64,000 bases of DNA from an uncultured delta proteobacterium (GTDB lineage Bacteria; Desulfobacterota; Syntrophia; Syntrophales; Fen-1087), in assembly GCA_963708515.1 (NCBI GenBank), contig CAVPSX010000005.1:2958-66957 (forward strand), in the 5' to 3' direction. The notes beneath the pieces were generated by a model, which ran no database searches, was not told the origin of the DNA, and saw only the letters and a list, made by a program, of their open reading frames with translations. Shown piece by piece: positions 17,119 through 27,964 of the stretch (its first letter is position 1; every line of letters starts with the position of its first letter). The translations under genes were made by a program, and so were the position numbers.

Positions 17119-17853
17119 ATGATCGAGGATGCTGTGAAGAAAGAGATGAATGGCTGGGATTTTTTTGATCGCATCTACTGCATCTCCCTGGAAGAACGTG
17201 AAGACCGGCGGCAGGCGGCTGCGGCGTCGTTCTCCAAAGTAGGGCTGACCGGAAGAGTTGAATTCGTTATGGTCAAGCGTCATCCCTCCAACGTAGAACA
17301 AGGGATGTATGAATCTCACATGACCTGCCTGCGTAAAGGCTTAGACGCCGGCGCAGAGAGGATCATCGTTTTTGAAGACGACGTCGTTTTTGACCGCTTT
17401 GACGCCAGGCGCTTCAGGCAATGCGTGCAATTTCTGGTGGAACATCCGGACTGGAAAGTGCTGCTTTTAGGGGCCTTAATACGCTCAAGCCGGAGAACGA
17501 CTAATCCGTTCATACAAAAAGTCAGCTACCAGAGCCTCGCGCATGCATATGCCGTAAACAGGCCTTACGCGGAAACCATCGCTTCTCAACCCTGGCAGGG
17601 GGTTATCATCGACACCCTGTTTCGGCCCCTGACGGATCACCTCTATGCCGTTTATCCCATGTTTGCGTTTCAAAAAGATTTTGCCTCGGACAATGACAGC
17701 AAATACCGGGGCCTTGAGCGTTTCCGGCGATTGTGCGGCGGGCTCGAGCGTATTCAAAAGGCAAACGAATTCTACCAGCGCCATAAATGGGGTGTGATCG
17801 CCGCCCACGTCATGATTCTTTTGTCTCTTCTGCTCGTTCTCCTCTCCCGATGA
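17119..17853 (+). CDS. Glycosyltransferase family 25-like protein with C-terminal TM helix
   Basis: It has FFDRIYCISLEEREDRR...VFEDDVVFD, the GT25 pattern for LPS-type transferases. The start is chosen at ATG 17119, downstream of a TTGACA-17-TATAGG promoter-like element at 17069-17097. The N-terminal 42 codons of the ORF track look non-coding. Confidence 0.5.
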   Translation: MIEDAVKKEMNGWDFFDRIYCISLEEREDRRQAAAASFSKVGLTGRVEFVMVKRHPSNVEQGMYESHMTCLRKGLDAGAERIIVFEDDVVFDRFDARRFRQCVQFLVEHPDWKVLLLGALIRSSRRTTNPFIQKVSYQSLAHAYAVNRPYAETIASQPWQGVIIDTLFRPLTDHLYAVYPMFAFQKDFASDNDSKYRGLERFRRLCGGLERIQKANEFYQRHKWGVIAAHVMILLSLLLVLLSR

Positions 17854-18065
17854 GCCTGCCGCACCGATTGAATGGGCGAGAGGGGGCTCTTTCGGCATTC
17901 ACCCGGCAGGGCATCGTGCGTGCAAAAGTGAGTTGAATCGAATTGAAGTACATCCGGGACGAAATAGACAGTCTCAGGCAGGAGGGCGTAATCAACCCTG
18001 TAGAAAGCGGCTTGCAGGCAGGTGCAAGATAGGATAATAGGAAGACAAAAACACGGAGCTGACCT

Positions 18066-18605
18066 ATGAGATCATACGTCGTTTTTTCATCCATGGGGCC
18101 GGATCGTCCCGGTCTGGCCAGGGAAATTGCGGAATTTTTCGCGGCGCGCGGCATCAATATCGAACGCTCGCGCGGCTGTGTGCTGGGAAACGAATTCGGG
18201 ATGGTTATCCTGACATCGGGGAACACGGATGACATCGAGCAACTGATCAATGAGCTGGGCATCCTGCGCGAGAAAACCGGTCTTGACATCTACATCCGGA
18301 AAACCAGGGCGCCGCTGCACCGGGAAGCCCTGCCGTCGATTCTCTACAAGCTCATCGCCGTATGCATCGACCGTCCGGGAATTGTCCATCAAATCTGCAA
18401 GGTCCTGCATGACCGGAAGATCAACATAGAAGATATCTCAACCAATGTCGACCATGATCCCACAACGGGCGCCAATGTCTTTCAGATGAACTGCTATTTT
18501 TCCCTGCCGCCGTCCGTCAAGATTATCGACCTCAAGCATGCGCTGACACGCGTCAGTGAAGACTACAACGTCGATATCCGGTTCGATGCGGTGATCAGCA
18601 AATAG
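18066..18605 (+). CDS. Tandem ACT-domain protein, glycine cleavage system regulator GcvR-like
   Basis: 179 aa with two repeats of the type GPDRPGLAREIAEFFAARGINIE and CIDRPGIVHQICKVLHDRKINIE. Confidence 0.65.
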   Translation: MRSYVVFSSMGPDRPGLAREIAEFFAARGINIERSRGCVLGNEFGMVILTSGNTDDIEQLINELGILREKTGLDIYIRKTRAPLHREALPSILYKLIAVCIDRPGIVHQICKVLHDRKINIEDISTNVDHDPTTGANVFQMNCYFSLPPSVKIIDLKHALTRVSEDYNVDIRFDAVISK

Positions 18606-18607
18606 CC

Positions 18608-20281
18608 ATGGGAAAAGCAAAGGAACAACTTAAAGACAAAGGCATGCGGCCGATCCGGGAAATTGCGGCGTCGGTCGGCCTGTCCGAAGGCGATCTGGAA
18701 TATTACGGGCGTTACAAGGCCAAGGTCAGACTTGAGGTGATTCATCGCCTCGAACGCAGGGCGAACAGCTCCCTGATTCTTGTCTCCGCGATGACCCCGA
18801 CCCCTGCCGGTGAGGGAAAGTCCACCGTGTCCATCGGTCTTGCGCAGGCCCTTGCCAAACTCGGAAAGTCGTCGATGGTCGCGCTGCGCGAGCCGTCCCT
18901 GGGGCCTGTTTTCGGCATCAAGGGCGGCGCCACGGGCGGCGGTCTTTCCCGTGCGCTGCCCGCTGACGACATCAACCTCCATTTTACGAATGACTTCCCG
19001 GCTGTTGAAAGCGCCCACAATCTGCTCGCGGCCCTGATTGACAACAGCATCTTTCACGGCAATCCCCTGAACGTCGATCCGCGCAAGGTCGCCTGGCGTC
19101 GCGTGCTGGACATCAACGACCGGTCCCTGCGGGATATCGTGATCGGCCTCGGAGGCTCCACAAACGGTGTGCCCCGCGAGACGGGCTTCGACATCGTTCC
19201 TTCCAGCGAGATCATGGCGATCCTCTGCCTCTCACGCTCTTACGCGGAACTGAAGGACAAGATCCGAAAGACCCTGGTCGGCTTTACCTATGACGACAGG
19301 CCCGTCATGACCGGTGATCTGAAGGTCGAGGGCGCCGTTACGGCCCTGTTGAAACATGCCCTGCTTCCGAACCTTGTACAGACCACGGAAGGCGTGCCGG
19401 CCGTCATCCACGGCGGGCCCTTTGCCAATATCGCCCAGGGAACCAACAGCATCATCGGCACCGACCTGGCGCTGCGTCTGGCCGATTTTGTCGTGACCGA
19501 GGCGGGGTTCGGCTTTGAGCTGGGCGCGGAAAAGTATTTTGACATCGTGGCGCCTTATGGAAACCTGAACCCCCGCATCGTCGTTCTCGTGGCGACGGTT
19601 CGCGCGCTGAAGTATCACGCCGGCGTGGCCCGCGAGGATCTCAACACGCCCAATGCGCGCCTGGCGGTTCTCGGCATGGCCAACCTCAGGAAACATTACG
19701 AAAACATTGATAAATTCAACGTTCCCTGCGTCATCGCGCTCAACCGTTTCCCCTCCGATACGGACGAAGAGATCCGGGCCGTCATCGAGGCGGCGGAAGA
19801 TAAGGGTATGAATATCGCGCCTGTGGACATTTTCCGTCTCGGCGGCGAAGGCGGGCTGGAACTCGCGGAAAAGACGGTAAATCTTATCGCGCAAGCATCC
19901 GGCGTATTCCGGACGCTCTACCGGTGGGATCAGCCCGTGGAAGACAAGATTTTCACTGTTGCGAACGAAATCTACGGCGCGGTTTCCATCGACTACCAGC
20001 CGCTAGCCAGGCGAAATCTGGAGCTGATCAAGAAGTTCGGGTTCGACAAGCTCCCGATCTGCATTGCTAAAACCCAGCAGTCCCTCTCGGACAACCCGGC
20101 CCTGTTGGGCCTGCCGAGAGATTTCATCGTTACCGTCCGTGAAATCAAGATCGCATCGGGGGCCGGCTTCCTGATTCCCATTACGGGCGATATCCTGCGC
20201 ATGCCGGGCCTGTCAAAAACACCGGCAGCCGGTCAGATTGATATCGACGACGATGGAAAAATCACAGGCATGGGAGAGTAG
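18608..20281 (+). CDS. fhs: Formate--tetrahydrofolate ligase
   Basis: 557 aa with PTPAGEGKST and full-length FTHFS-family similarity. It starts 3 nt after the upstream stop. Confidence 0.95.
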   Translation: MGKAKEQLKDKGMRPIREIAASVGLSEGDLEYYGRYKAKVRLEVIHRLERRANSSLILVSAMTPTPAGEGKSTVSIGLAQALAKLGKSSMVALREPSLGPVFGIKGGATGGGLSRALPADDINLHFTNDFPAVESAHNLLAALIDNSIFHGNPLNVDPRKVAWRRVLDINDRSLRDIVIGLGGSTNGVPRETGFDIVPSSEIMAILCLSRSYAELKDKIRKTLVGFTYDDRPVMTGDLKVEGAVTALLKHALLPNLVQTTEGVPAVIHGGPFANIAQGTNSIIGTDLALRLADFVVTEAGFGFELGAEKYFDIVAPYGNLNPRIVVLVATVRALKYHAGVAREDLNTPNARLAVLGMANLRKHYENIDKFNVPCVIALNRFPSDTDEEIRAVIEAAEDKGMNIAPVDIFRLGGEGGLELAEKTVNLIAQASGVFRTLYRWDQPVEDKIFTVANEIYGAVSIDYQPLARRNLELIKKFGFDKLPICIAKTQQSLSDNPALLGLPRDFIVTVREIKIASGAGFLIPITGDILRMPGLSKTPAAGQIDIDDDGKITGMGE

Positions 20282-20301
20282 GGAGATGCTTCCCCAGCCC
20301 C

Positions 20302-21096
20302 TTATCCCCGTGATCCCAGGCGAAGCCCGCCATGGATGAAATAGACATCCCCCGCCAGTGCTTCGTTACGGTAGAGCTCGCCCACGAGAGACGCCACCTC
20401 GGCAGGCTCGATGAGCCGTCCGATCGGAACATCCGAAAGAATCTTGTCCAGGGCCTTCTGGTCCATGCCCTTAACCATGGCGGTTCCGACATAGCCCGGC
20501 GCGACCGCCACGCAGCGGATCCTGTTCCCGATGCCGCGGCGCAAGAACTCTGCCGTGATGACCTTGGGCATGACGGACATGGCCGCCTTCGAGGAGGAGT
20601 AGTTGATCTGGCCGGCGGTGCCCAGCGAACCCGTGGAGGATACCAGGCAGATCAGGCCCTGACAGCCGTGATTGATCATGCGTTCCGCACATTCCCGGAC
20701 GGTCAGAAACACACCCGTCAGGTTGATGTCGATGACCGCCTTGAACTGCTCCAGCGTCATCTTGCGGTTGACCTTTCCCGTCGCCTTGTCGGTCGACACC
20801 AGCATCGCGTCCTTGATGATTCCGGCGAAGGGCGCTACCAGATTGATTTTGCCGAACTTGTCGATGGCCGCGTCGGCCAGTTTGCCGCAGTCCTCCTCGC
20901 TGGTCACATTACAGACCACGGACAAAACGTCTCCGCCCATGGCTTTCAACTGCGCTTCGGCATTTTCCAGGAACTGGGGCGCCACATCCGCGATGACCGC
21001 CTTGCCGCCGTTTTGCACCCAGTACCGGGCGATCTCCAGACCGATCCCCCCGCCTCCCCCGGTAATCACCGCAACAGAATCCCTGATTTCCAGCAT
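20302..21096 (-). CDS. Short-chain dehydrogenase/reductase (3-hydroxyacyl-CoA dehydrogenase/FabG-like)
   Basis: It has VAVITGGGGGIGLEIA (TGxxxGxG) and YSSSKAA (YxxxK). Confidence 0.8.
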   Translation of the reverse strand: MLEIRDSVAVITGGGGGIGLEIARYWVQNGGKAVIADVAPQFLENAEAQLKAMGGDVLSVVCNVTSEEDCGKLADAAIDKFGKINLVAPFAGIIKDAMLVSTDKATGKVNRKMTLEQFKAVIDINLTGVFLTVRECAERMINHGCQGLICLVSSTGSLGTAGQINYSSSKAAMSVMPKVITAEFLRRGIGNRIRCVAVAPGYVGTAMVKGMDQKALDKILSDVPIGRLIEPAEVASLVGELYRNEALAGDVYFIHGGLRLGSRG

Positions 21097-21117
21097 GTCG
21101 ATTTCCTCCTTGATGCA

Positions 21118-21465
21118 TTATTCTTTGTTCGATTGAGGTTCGAACGAACAGATGTATTGCACCATGCCTTCGTCCACGGCTATGTCAAAAGACGACCGGC
21201 CCGGAACGATGAAGAAGGCGCCGGCCGGATACATTTCCCATTGCCCTTCATCGGCCTGACGCACGCGGCAGCTTCCGGCTGTAATCTCCATTTTTTCCGG
21301 ATCATCGGTTTTGAAGTTGTAACTTCCGGGTTGAATCACGCCGATGGTCTTTTTACGGCCATCCTTGAACAGCACCGTATGACTGACCACGCACCCTTCG
21401 AAATAGACATTGGCTTTGCAGATCACGCTGACATCTTCAAATTGTTCCGGGATGTTTCCTGTCAT
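21118..21465 (-). CDS. ppnP: Pyrimidine/purine nucleoside phosphorylase PpnP (DUF1255 cupin)
   Basis: 115 aa with ANVYFEGCVVSHTV...GVIQPGSYNFKTDDPEKMEITAG. Confidence 0.7.
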   Translation of the reverse strand: MTGNIPEQFEDVSVICKANVYFEGCVVSHTVLFKDGRKKTIGVIQPGSYNFKTDDPEKMEITAGSCRVRQADEGQWEMYPAGAFFIVPGRSSFDIAVDEGMVQYICSFEPQSNKE

Positions 21466-21556
21466 GGGTCGCCTCCTTTATGTGTCGTTTGGCAGCGATA
21501 ATGTGGACTTGGTGGCTCCTGTTAATCCCCCTTCGGAAGCCTTTCCGGTCGGTTCG

Positions 21557-22315
21557 CTATATTTTCCCGACCGATGCAAGATAAATGGTAAATTCATCCT
21601 TGCCGTCAATTCTCAGTAATTGATCCATGGCCTCCTGATCATAGGCGGCGATGGCACAGGTTCCGGCCTGGATGGCTTCGCAGGCAAGGTAAAGATTCTG
21701 GCAAACATGTCCGGCGTCAATGGCGATGACTTTGTGCGCGGCCAGGCTATAGCGCCACTCCATACGGTATGGAATGGCCGTCCAGATAAACGTCACGGCT
21801 GATTGAGCGGGATAGGGCTGCCCGAAGACAGCCTTTACAAGTTTCTGCGCAAGGTGATCTTCGCTGAATTCAAAGAGGAGCTGGTGTTCAAGCGGCAGAT
21901 AACGGTAAACGCCCGGATCCACGCACTTAACATTGAAAACGCACAGGTACGTTTCCAGGGCATGCCTGCATCCTGCGGATGGAACAGTCCTCAATGCATG
22001 GCCTTCATCCAGCTTTCCTTTCACCCCCTGTGTCGCCCAAAGCAGAAACGACAGCTCTTCCAGCGTCAGATGATCCTGACGGTAGGTTCTGCGGCTCTGC
22101 CTGTTTTGAATGGCTGAGATCAAATCCAACGCGGCGATATTCTCAAAACGATGGGGCGTGATCAGATCGATGCGCCGGGCTTGCTTGTCGAATGGTTTTT
22201 CAATGGGCGGGGGCGCAATGCCCCGGTTCTGGTCCGCTTGAGAGAAGTCAACCCGCTTCCGGATGGAATCCTTGAGAAAGTAACGAAACGGTTCTGTCAA
22301 TTCTTCCCTGTCCAT
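21557..22315 (-). CDS. SagB/ThcOx-type nitroreductase-family dehydrogenase
   Basis: 252 aa with SRRTYRQDHLTLEELSFLLWATQGV and VPSAGCRHALETY. Confidence 0.7.
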   Translation of the reverse strand: MDREELTEPFRYFLKDSIRKRVDFSQADQNRGIAPPPIEKPFDKQARRIDLITPHRFENIAALDLISAIQNRQSRRTYRQDHLTLEELSFLLWATQGVKGKLDEGHALRTVPSAGCRHALETYLCVFNVKCVDPGVYRYLPLEHQLLFEFSEDHLAQKLVKAVFGQPYPAQSAVTFIWTAIPYRMEWRYSLAAHKVIAIDAGHVCQNLYLACEAIQAGTCAIAAYDQEAMDQLLRIDGKDEFTIYLASVGKI

Positions 22316-22473
22316 TCAGTTTCCTGTTGTTGTCTTTGATGATTATTTTTGAAGATGCACTATAGGGAGGCCGCGCTTGAATGTCAATGACGTTTCGGTA
22401 AACCATCATTCCTCATAACGCTTTGACATTTTGGATTGAAGCGATTTTACATCCTCGATTCATGCCGACAGTA

Positions 22474-22935
22474 TTATTCGGCCCGGGATTTGTCGATAAT
22501 TTCACCAATGAGCGTTGCCGTCTTCCCTGTGAGCATCAGGCAATACTCGAATTTATCGCTTCCCCGGTAACGCTTGGCCTGGTTGGTATCCGTCCAGTCG
22601 ATGCCGACTATATCGCGGCATAAAATTATTCCATCTGTGACTTCGTTTTTGAACCTTTTCATGAACGTCCGGCAATACTTCCACATCCTGATGTCCGTCT
22701 GACGTCCCGGTTCAGAACGACCATGGAGCAAGCCGATCACTGCCAAACCACCGATCACGGCGCCGCAGACCTCGCCATGGGCCCCCAGACCGCCGCCGAA
22801 TGAGTCCATTGCCTTGATCAAATCATCACTCTTCATCCCAAGCTTTTCCTGCCCGACCGCAAGAATGGCCTGGCTTCAGTGCAAACCTTCACGGAATATC
22901 CGCTGCGCCTTTTCCTGCATCTCTATGGGGGTCAT
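22474..22935 (-). CDS. C_GCAxxG_C_C family redox protein with in-frame UGA (candidate selenocysteine) replacing the first conserved Cys
   Basis: ATG 22935 overlaps the MBL stop (TGATG). It reads MTPIEMQEKAQRIFREGLH-UGA(22878-22876)-SQAILAVGQEKLG... and continues into the ORF-track fragment 22474-22836, which carries GEVCGAVIGG. The UGA sits where the family has G-x-x-C-[AS]-Q-[AS]-[IV]-L. Confidence 0.55.
22846..22865 (-). promoter_or_regulatory. Candidate bacterial SECIS hairpin
   Basis: The RNA is UUCUUGC-GGUCGG-GCAGGAA, a 7-bp stem including one G-U pair. It starts 10 nt after the UGA, and the GGUC in the loop begins 17 nt after it. Confidence 0.45.
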
Positions 22936-23843
22936 CACAAATCTCCTTTCTTGTTTAATGCGAGCCGGATTCCCCTGAAGCTGTTGTTCAGGAAAAAAGT
23001 TTCCCTTTTTTTGACATCGGCGGGCAATTGATGAAAACAGGACAGTCCGGGGTCTTGAGCCAGCAACGCTTCAAACACTTTTTCTTCAAACATAGGGCTT
23101 TCCAATCTGCTGAATTGGCCTATGACGGTTGCCCAGAGATCCGTTTGGGCGGATGCCAGATCGAGTAATTTCGGGATTTCAAACGACAGCCCGAAATGAC
23201 CGTAACAGAGCACGGCGGCGTCGATATTTTTGAGAATGCCGAGAGACCTCCTGTAATGATCCAGATCGAATCCGGGCGGCGCCGCGATGCGCAGATAAAG
23301 ATCCTTTTCCATCGGGTAAAAGATCCCGGCTGCCTCGCCTGCAAAAAGCACGTCGCCGATCCGGTAGCAGAGATGATGGGGCGCATGTCCGGGTGTTTCA
23401 TAAACTTTAACGGCCATCCCGCCGGCCGGGAAATCAAGCCTGCCGTCGAGATTCTTTTCGGAAACAGGGGCAGGCTCGCCATAAATAACTGCCGTTTCGT
23501 AGAGGACCTCCAGAGAGACGTCCCACAACTTTTCCGGTTTCAGCAGGTGCGGAACACCCCGGGGGTGGCAGATCGCCTTGGTGTCGGGATAGCGGTCCAG
23601 CAGCAACCCCAATCCACCGGCATGGTCCAGATGAATATGCGTGAGCAGGATATGGTCAATACGCCGGATCTTCATTTCCTCCAACGCCTGCAAGAGTGCA
23701 GGCAGGGTTGAACGGGGTCCGGGATCGACGAGAATGACGGTATGATCGTCCCTGTAAAGCCAGGCGCACAGAAAGTGATGGAAGCCTTCTTTCGGCAGAT
23801 CCAGTGGGATGAGATAGAGGTTGTCGAATAAAGGCTTGGTCAC
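22935..23843 (-). CDS. MBL-fold metallo-hydrolase
   Basis: 302 aa with LLTHIHLDHAGG (HxHxDH). Confidence 0.8.
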   Translation of the reverse strand: MTKPLFDNLYLIPLDLPKEGFHHFLCAWLYRDDHTVILVDPGPRSTLPALLQALEEMKIRRIDHILLTHIHLDHAGGLGLLLDRYPDTKAICHPRGVPHLLKPEKLWDVSLEVLYETAVIYGEPAPVSEKNLDGRLDFPAGGMAVKVYETPGHAPHHLCYRIGDVLFAGEAAGIFYPMEKDLYLRIAAPPGFDLDHYRRSLGILKNIDAAVLCYGHFGLSFEIPKLLDLASAQTDLWATVIGQFSRLESPMFEEKVFEALLAQDPGLSCFHQLPADVKKRETFFLNNSFRGIRLALNKKGDL

Positions 23844-23896
23844 TATTAAGGCCCTTTGAAAAGCTGAAAAAAAGGTGAAAGTCCAACCGTCAGGCG

Positions 23897-25975
23897 TCAG
23901 TCGTCGGTCAGCAGGCCGATCATCTCCTCAATGTCGGTTGTCTGTTTTTTGCAGCTTCTGCCGGTACAGACATAGATGAGAGCTTCACCTTTCTCACCCT
24001 TGAATGATGCTGTAAACGGGGCAATCTTTCTTATGGCTGCGGCTTGTTTGCCGTCCGGAACAAGCATGACTATCTTATTGGGCAGAAAGCGCGCCGAGAG
24101 GGTCCGGTTGATCGTCTGGACGGCCGGGCTGTCCTGTTCACCCGCGATGACGATTTCATGAGAGGGGCCCATCAGATAGTCGAGCGCGGTCAGATGGAAG
24201 GCAACGGCGGAAGGGCTTTGCTGGATGATCCCGGCAAACGCTCCACAGATTTGCTCCGCTTTCTGCTCAAGCTGCATGTCGCCGGTTATGCGCGCCAGGC
24301 GCAGCAGGTTCATTGCGCTGACTGAGTTTCCGGACGGAATGGCGCCGTCATGAATGCTTTTTTTCCTGAAAAGGAGCTCTTCATGGTCGTTTGCGGTCAA
24401 GAAAAATCCGCCCTCCCGGTCGTCCCAGAAGCGTTTCAGCAGATGATCATTAAGTTCGATCGCCGCTTCGAGGTATCGCACGTCAAAGCCCGTTTGGTAA
24501 AGCTCGATGAGGCCCCAGACCATAAAGGCATAGTCATCCAGAAACGCGGGAATGGCGGCGGCATGGTTGCGCCGGCAGTGCAGAAGGCTGCCGCGGTCAT
24601 CGCGCATGGCCGACAGGATGAAGTCAGCCGCATCGCGGGCGGCGAGTTCATACTGGCTATTGCTAAGGACGCGGGCGCCGAATGCGAGGCTCGCGATCAT
24701 CATGCCGTTCCAGTCTGTAAGGATTTTATCGTCGCGGAACGGATGAATTCTTTTTTCACGCACTCCGTACAATTTGTTCCGGCATGTTTCCAGCAGGGTG
24801 GCCAGTCTCTGGGGGGCCATGGTCAATTGTATCGCCCATTCATCGAGCGGCATCTTCAGATGGAGGATATTGGCCCCGGTCTTCTGCCTTTTGGCTTCAT
24901 CGAAATAGTTTCCGCCGCTGTCGACAGAATAGATCCTGTTCCAGATCGCGGCTTCCGGACGCGTCAGGGCCTTCTCAATGTCTTCTTTAGTCCATACATA
25001 GAATCGGCCCTCCTCACCTTCGGAATCCGCGTCCTGAGCCGAATAGAAACCTCCCTGCGGCGATTTGAGGTCTCGCAGGACATAAGCGAAGATCTCGCTC
25101 GCGGTCTTTGCGTACTCATGCCCTCCCGTTGCTTGATAGGTTTCCAGACAGGCCACGGCGATCATGGCCTGATCGTAGAGCATTTTCTCGAAGTGCGGCA
25201 ACAGCCAGGCCGCATCCGTCGCGTATCGGTGGAAGCCGAAACCGACATGATCGAAAATCCCGCCGCGACGCATGGCCTGCAGCGTATTTTCCACCATGCG
25301 AAGCGCCTGCTCATCGTTAAAACGTTTCCAGCACCGCAGCAGATAGATGAGCTTTTGCGGAGTCGGAAATTTGGGGGCGCCGCCGAAGCCACCGGATTCA
25401 GGATCGTATGCACCCGTCAGCTCATCGAGCGCGCTGCTCAACAGCGATATCTCTGAAAGCGGTCCCGCTGCGGGAGGGCGGTAATTTCTCAACAGTTCCG
25501 TGACTTGACCGGCTGACTTCAGCAAATCCGGTCTCCTGTTTTTCCAGAGATCGGCTATCCGGTCGGCCAGCTCCCGCATCCCGATGAGTCCGTGCCTGCT
25601 TTCAGGCGGGAAGTAGGTTCCGGCAAAGAAAGGCTGTTTATCCGGCGTCATGATGATCGTCAGAGGCCAGCCGCCGTTTCCGGTCATGGCCTGGCAGACC
25701 GTCATATAAACGGCGTCGATATCCGGCCGTTCTTCACGATCCACCTTCACATTGACGAATGTGTTGTTCATCAATGCGGCAATGGCAGGATTCTCGAAGC
25801 ACTCATGGGCCATAACGTGGCACCAGTGGCATGTGGAATAGCCGATGGACAGAAAGACAGGCTTGTTTCCCGCCCTGGCCGCGGCAAATGCTTCATCCCC
25901 CCAAGCGTACCAATCCACCGCGTTGGTCGCGTGCTGGAGAAGATAGGGGCTTGTTTCCGTGCTGAGTCTATTCAT
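23897..25975 (-). CDS. Thioredoxin-domain protein, DUF255/YyaL family (N-acylglucosamine-epimerase-like C-terminal barrel)
   Basis: 692 aa with [22 protein letters not shown]...[18 protein letters not shown]. Confidence 0.85.
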   Translation of the reverse strand: MNRLSTETSPYLLQHATNAVDWYAWGDEAFAAARAGNKPVFLSIGYSTCHWCHVMAHECFENPAIAALMNNTFVNVKVDREERPDIDAVYMTVCQAMTGNGGWPLTIIMTPDKQPFFAGTYFPPESRHGLIGMRELADRIADLWKNRRPDLLKSAGQVTELLRNYRPPAAGPLSEISLLSSALDELTGAYDPESGGFGGAPKFPTPQKLIYLLRCWKRFNDEQALRMVENTLQAMRRGGIFDHVGFGFHRYATDAAWLLPHFEKMLYDQAMIAVACLETYQATGGHEYAKTASEIFAYVLRDLKSPQGGFYSAQDADSEGEEGRFYVWTKEDIEKALTRPEAAIWNRIYSVDSGGNYFDEAKRQKTGANILHLKMPLDEWAIQLTMAPQRLATLLETCRNKLYGVREKRIHPFRDDKILTDWNGMMIASLAFGARVLSNSQYELAARDAADFILSAMRDDRGSLLHCRRNHAAAIPAFLDDYAFMVWGLIELYQTGFDVRYLEAAIELNDHLLKRFWDDREGGFFLTANDHEELLFRKKSIHDGAIPSGNSVSAMNLLRLARITGDMQLEQKAEQICGAFAGIIQQSPSAVAFHLTALDYLMGPSHEIVIAGEQDSPAVQTINRTLSARFLPNKIVMLVPDGKQAAAIRKIAPFTASFKGEKGEALIYVCTGRSCKKQTTDIEEMIGLLTDD

Positions 25976-25982
25976 AACCGGA

Positions 25983-26471
25983 TCAGAGCTTGGTCAGCAC
26001 GCTCAGCGCCCAGGCTTTCGCGTCCTCGAGGTCCGCCTGATCGGGATGGGCTTCGGCGCTCTGGGCTTCTTCAGCCCAGGCCCTGTTTTCCTGCTGCTGC
26101 ATCAGCATTTCGATGATCCGGGGGTTCACCTTGCCGCGGCAGCCGAAATGCCCGAGAACGTTGGCCTTGGCTGCCAGTCCGAGGGCATTTTCAAAAGCCT
26201 GCCGGGGCAGTTGACCGCCCCGGAGCGAGCCGTGCGTCGAGAAAAAAGCGACCCTCTGGCCCTTCCCGAGCGCCTTGATAAACGGCTGCGCCTTTTCCGG
26301 AACACTGTGCGCATAAACGGGGAAGCCGCAGAAAACGACATCGTAGCCTGCCGCTCCCTCCAGATCCTGGATCGGCTTGATCTCTTTGTCCACAGGCAGC
26401 GCTTCGTATATCGCCTGTGCGACTTTTTTCGTATTGCCGGTTTTCGAAAAGTAAGTAACCAGTGCTTTCAT
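25983..26471 (-). CDS. Flavodoxin
   Basis: 162 aa with [25 protein letters not shown]. Confidence 0.8.
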   Translation of the reverse strand: MKALVTYFSKTGNTKKVAQAIYEALPVDKEIKPIQDLEGAAGYDVVFCGFPVYAHSVPEKAQPFIKALGKGQRVAFFSTHGSLRGGQLPRQAFENALGLAAKANVLGHFGCRGKVNPRIIEMLMQQQENRAWAEEAQSAEAHPDQADLEDAKAWALSVLTKL

Positions 26472-26533
26472 TCTTTCCTCCTTGGTTAATAATATGTTTT
26501 TATATGGGGGCGCTTCCCATATTAATGCAAGTC

Positions 26534-27964
26534 TTAAAGTGCGAAAAACCCGTGCTCCTGACGGGCGACACCCGTCTGAACGGCTGCCTCATGGACGGCT
26601 TTGGCCACTTTTTCCCGAACCTGCCGGTCAAAGATGCTCGGGATGATGTAATCTTCGCGCAGCTCATCGGGATTGACGCAGGAAGCGATGGCGTGCGCCG
26701 CGGCCAGCAGCATGTCATGGTTGATTTCCCGGGCGCGGCAGTCCAGCACGCCCCGGAAAAGCCCGGGAAAGCAGAGCACGTTGTTGATCTGGTTATGATA
26801 ATCGGACCGGCCCGTGGCCACCACCCGGGCGTATTTCTGCGCCTCTTCGGGCATGATCTCCGGGATGGGATTGGCCATCGCAAAGACGACGGCGTCCTTT
26901 GCCATTTTACGGATGTCCCTGGCCATGCAGCGCGTCGGGCTGGGAGACACCCAGAAAGACGTCCGCGTCTTTTATGACTTTCGTGAGCAGGCCTTTGATT
27001 TTGTGCGGATTGGTCAGCGCCGCGATTTCTTCCTTTACGGGATTCATATTCTCCTTGCGCCCCTGATAAAGCGCTCCGCTGCGGTCGCAGCCGATGATGT
27101 TCCGGACGCCCGATGATAGAAGCAGGCGGATGGATGCGACGCCTGCCGCCCCCAGGCCGTTGACGACCAGGACGATCTCCTCGATCGGCTTGTTCACGAT
27201 TTTCAAAGCATTGATAAGCCCGGCAAGGATAACCACGGCCGTTCCGTGCTGATCATCGTGGAAAACAGGGATGTCCAGCTCCTGTTTCAGACGGGCCTCG
27301 ATTTCAAAACAGCGCGGCGCGGAAATGTCCTCCAGATTGATGCCGCCGAATCCCGGGGATATCCATTTGACGGTTTTGATGATTTCTTCGGGGTCTTTGG
27401 TGTTCAGGCAGATGGGGAAGGCATCGACGCCGCCGAATGCCTTGAAAAGCATGGCCTTTCCCTCCATGACGGGCATCGCGGCCATGGGGCCGATATCGCC
27501 GAGGCCCAGAACCGCGGTGCCGTCGGTCACGATGGCGATGGTGTTCTTTTTGATCGTCAGCTCATAAACGCGCTCCGGGTTTTCGTGGATGGCGGTGGAA
27601 ACCCGGGCTACGCCGGGGGTGTAGGCCATGGACAGATCGGCGCGGGTCTTCAGCGGGAGTTTGCTGCGGATTTCGATTTTTCCGCCCTGATGGGCCATGA
27701 ACGTGCGGTCGGCCACATTGATAATGCGGATACGCCGTTGATTTTTCCGATATTCGCGGTGATGCGTTGTTCCATGTCTTGGTTGCCTGCCGTGACGGTC
27801 AGGTCCCGGATAATGCAGCCGTCTCTGAAGCCAACGATGTCAATAGCGCCGATGTCGCCGCCCGCCTTGCCGATGGCGGAGGTGACCCGGCCCAGCATGC
27901 CGGGTTTGTTGGTGATTTCCAGACGGATCAGAATGCCGTAGCGGAGCCTGGATGTCTTCATCAT
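26534..27964 (-). pseudogene. NAD(P)-dependent malic enzyme with N-terminal ACT domain, interrupted by two frameshifts
   Basis: Three overlapping ORF fragments (27650-27964, 26907-27716, 26534-26950) join into one malic-enzyme sequence (...INGVS|IINVADRTFMAHQGGKIEI...YTPGVA...DDQHGTA...GAAG...ANPIPEI...). The shifts lie near 27722 and 26930. Confidence 0.8.

Noticed and set aside
17854-18065. A possible riboswitch (ZTP/pfl, THF or glycine) in the leader of the gcvR-like/fhs unit.
   Set aside because: I could not find the conserved cores on the plus strand (GGGUCGUG…CCGCCUGGGC for ZTP, or the tandem CUCUGGAGAG…ACCGAAGG for glycine). This needs an Infernal scan to be definitive.
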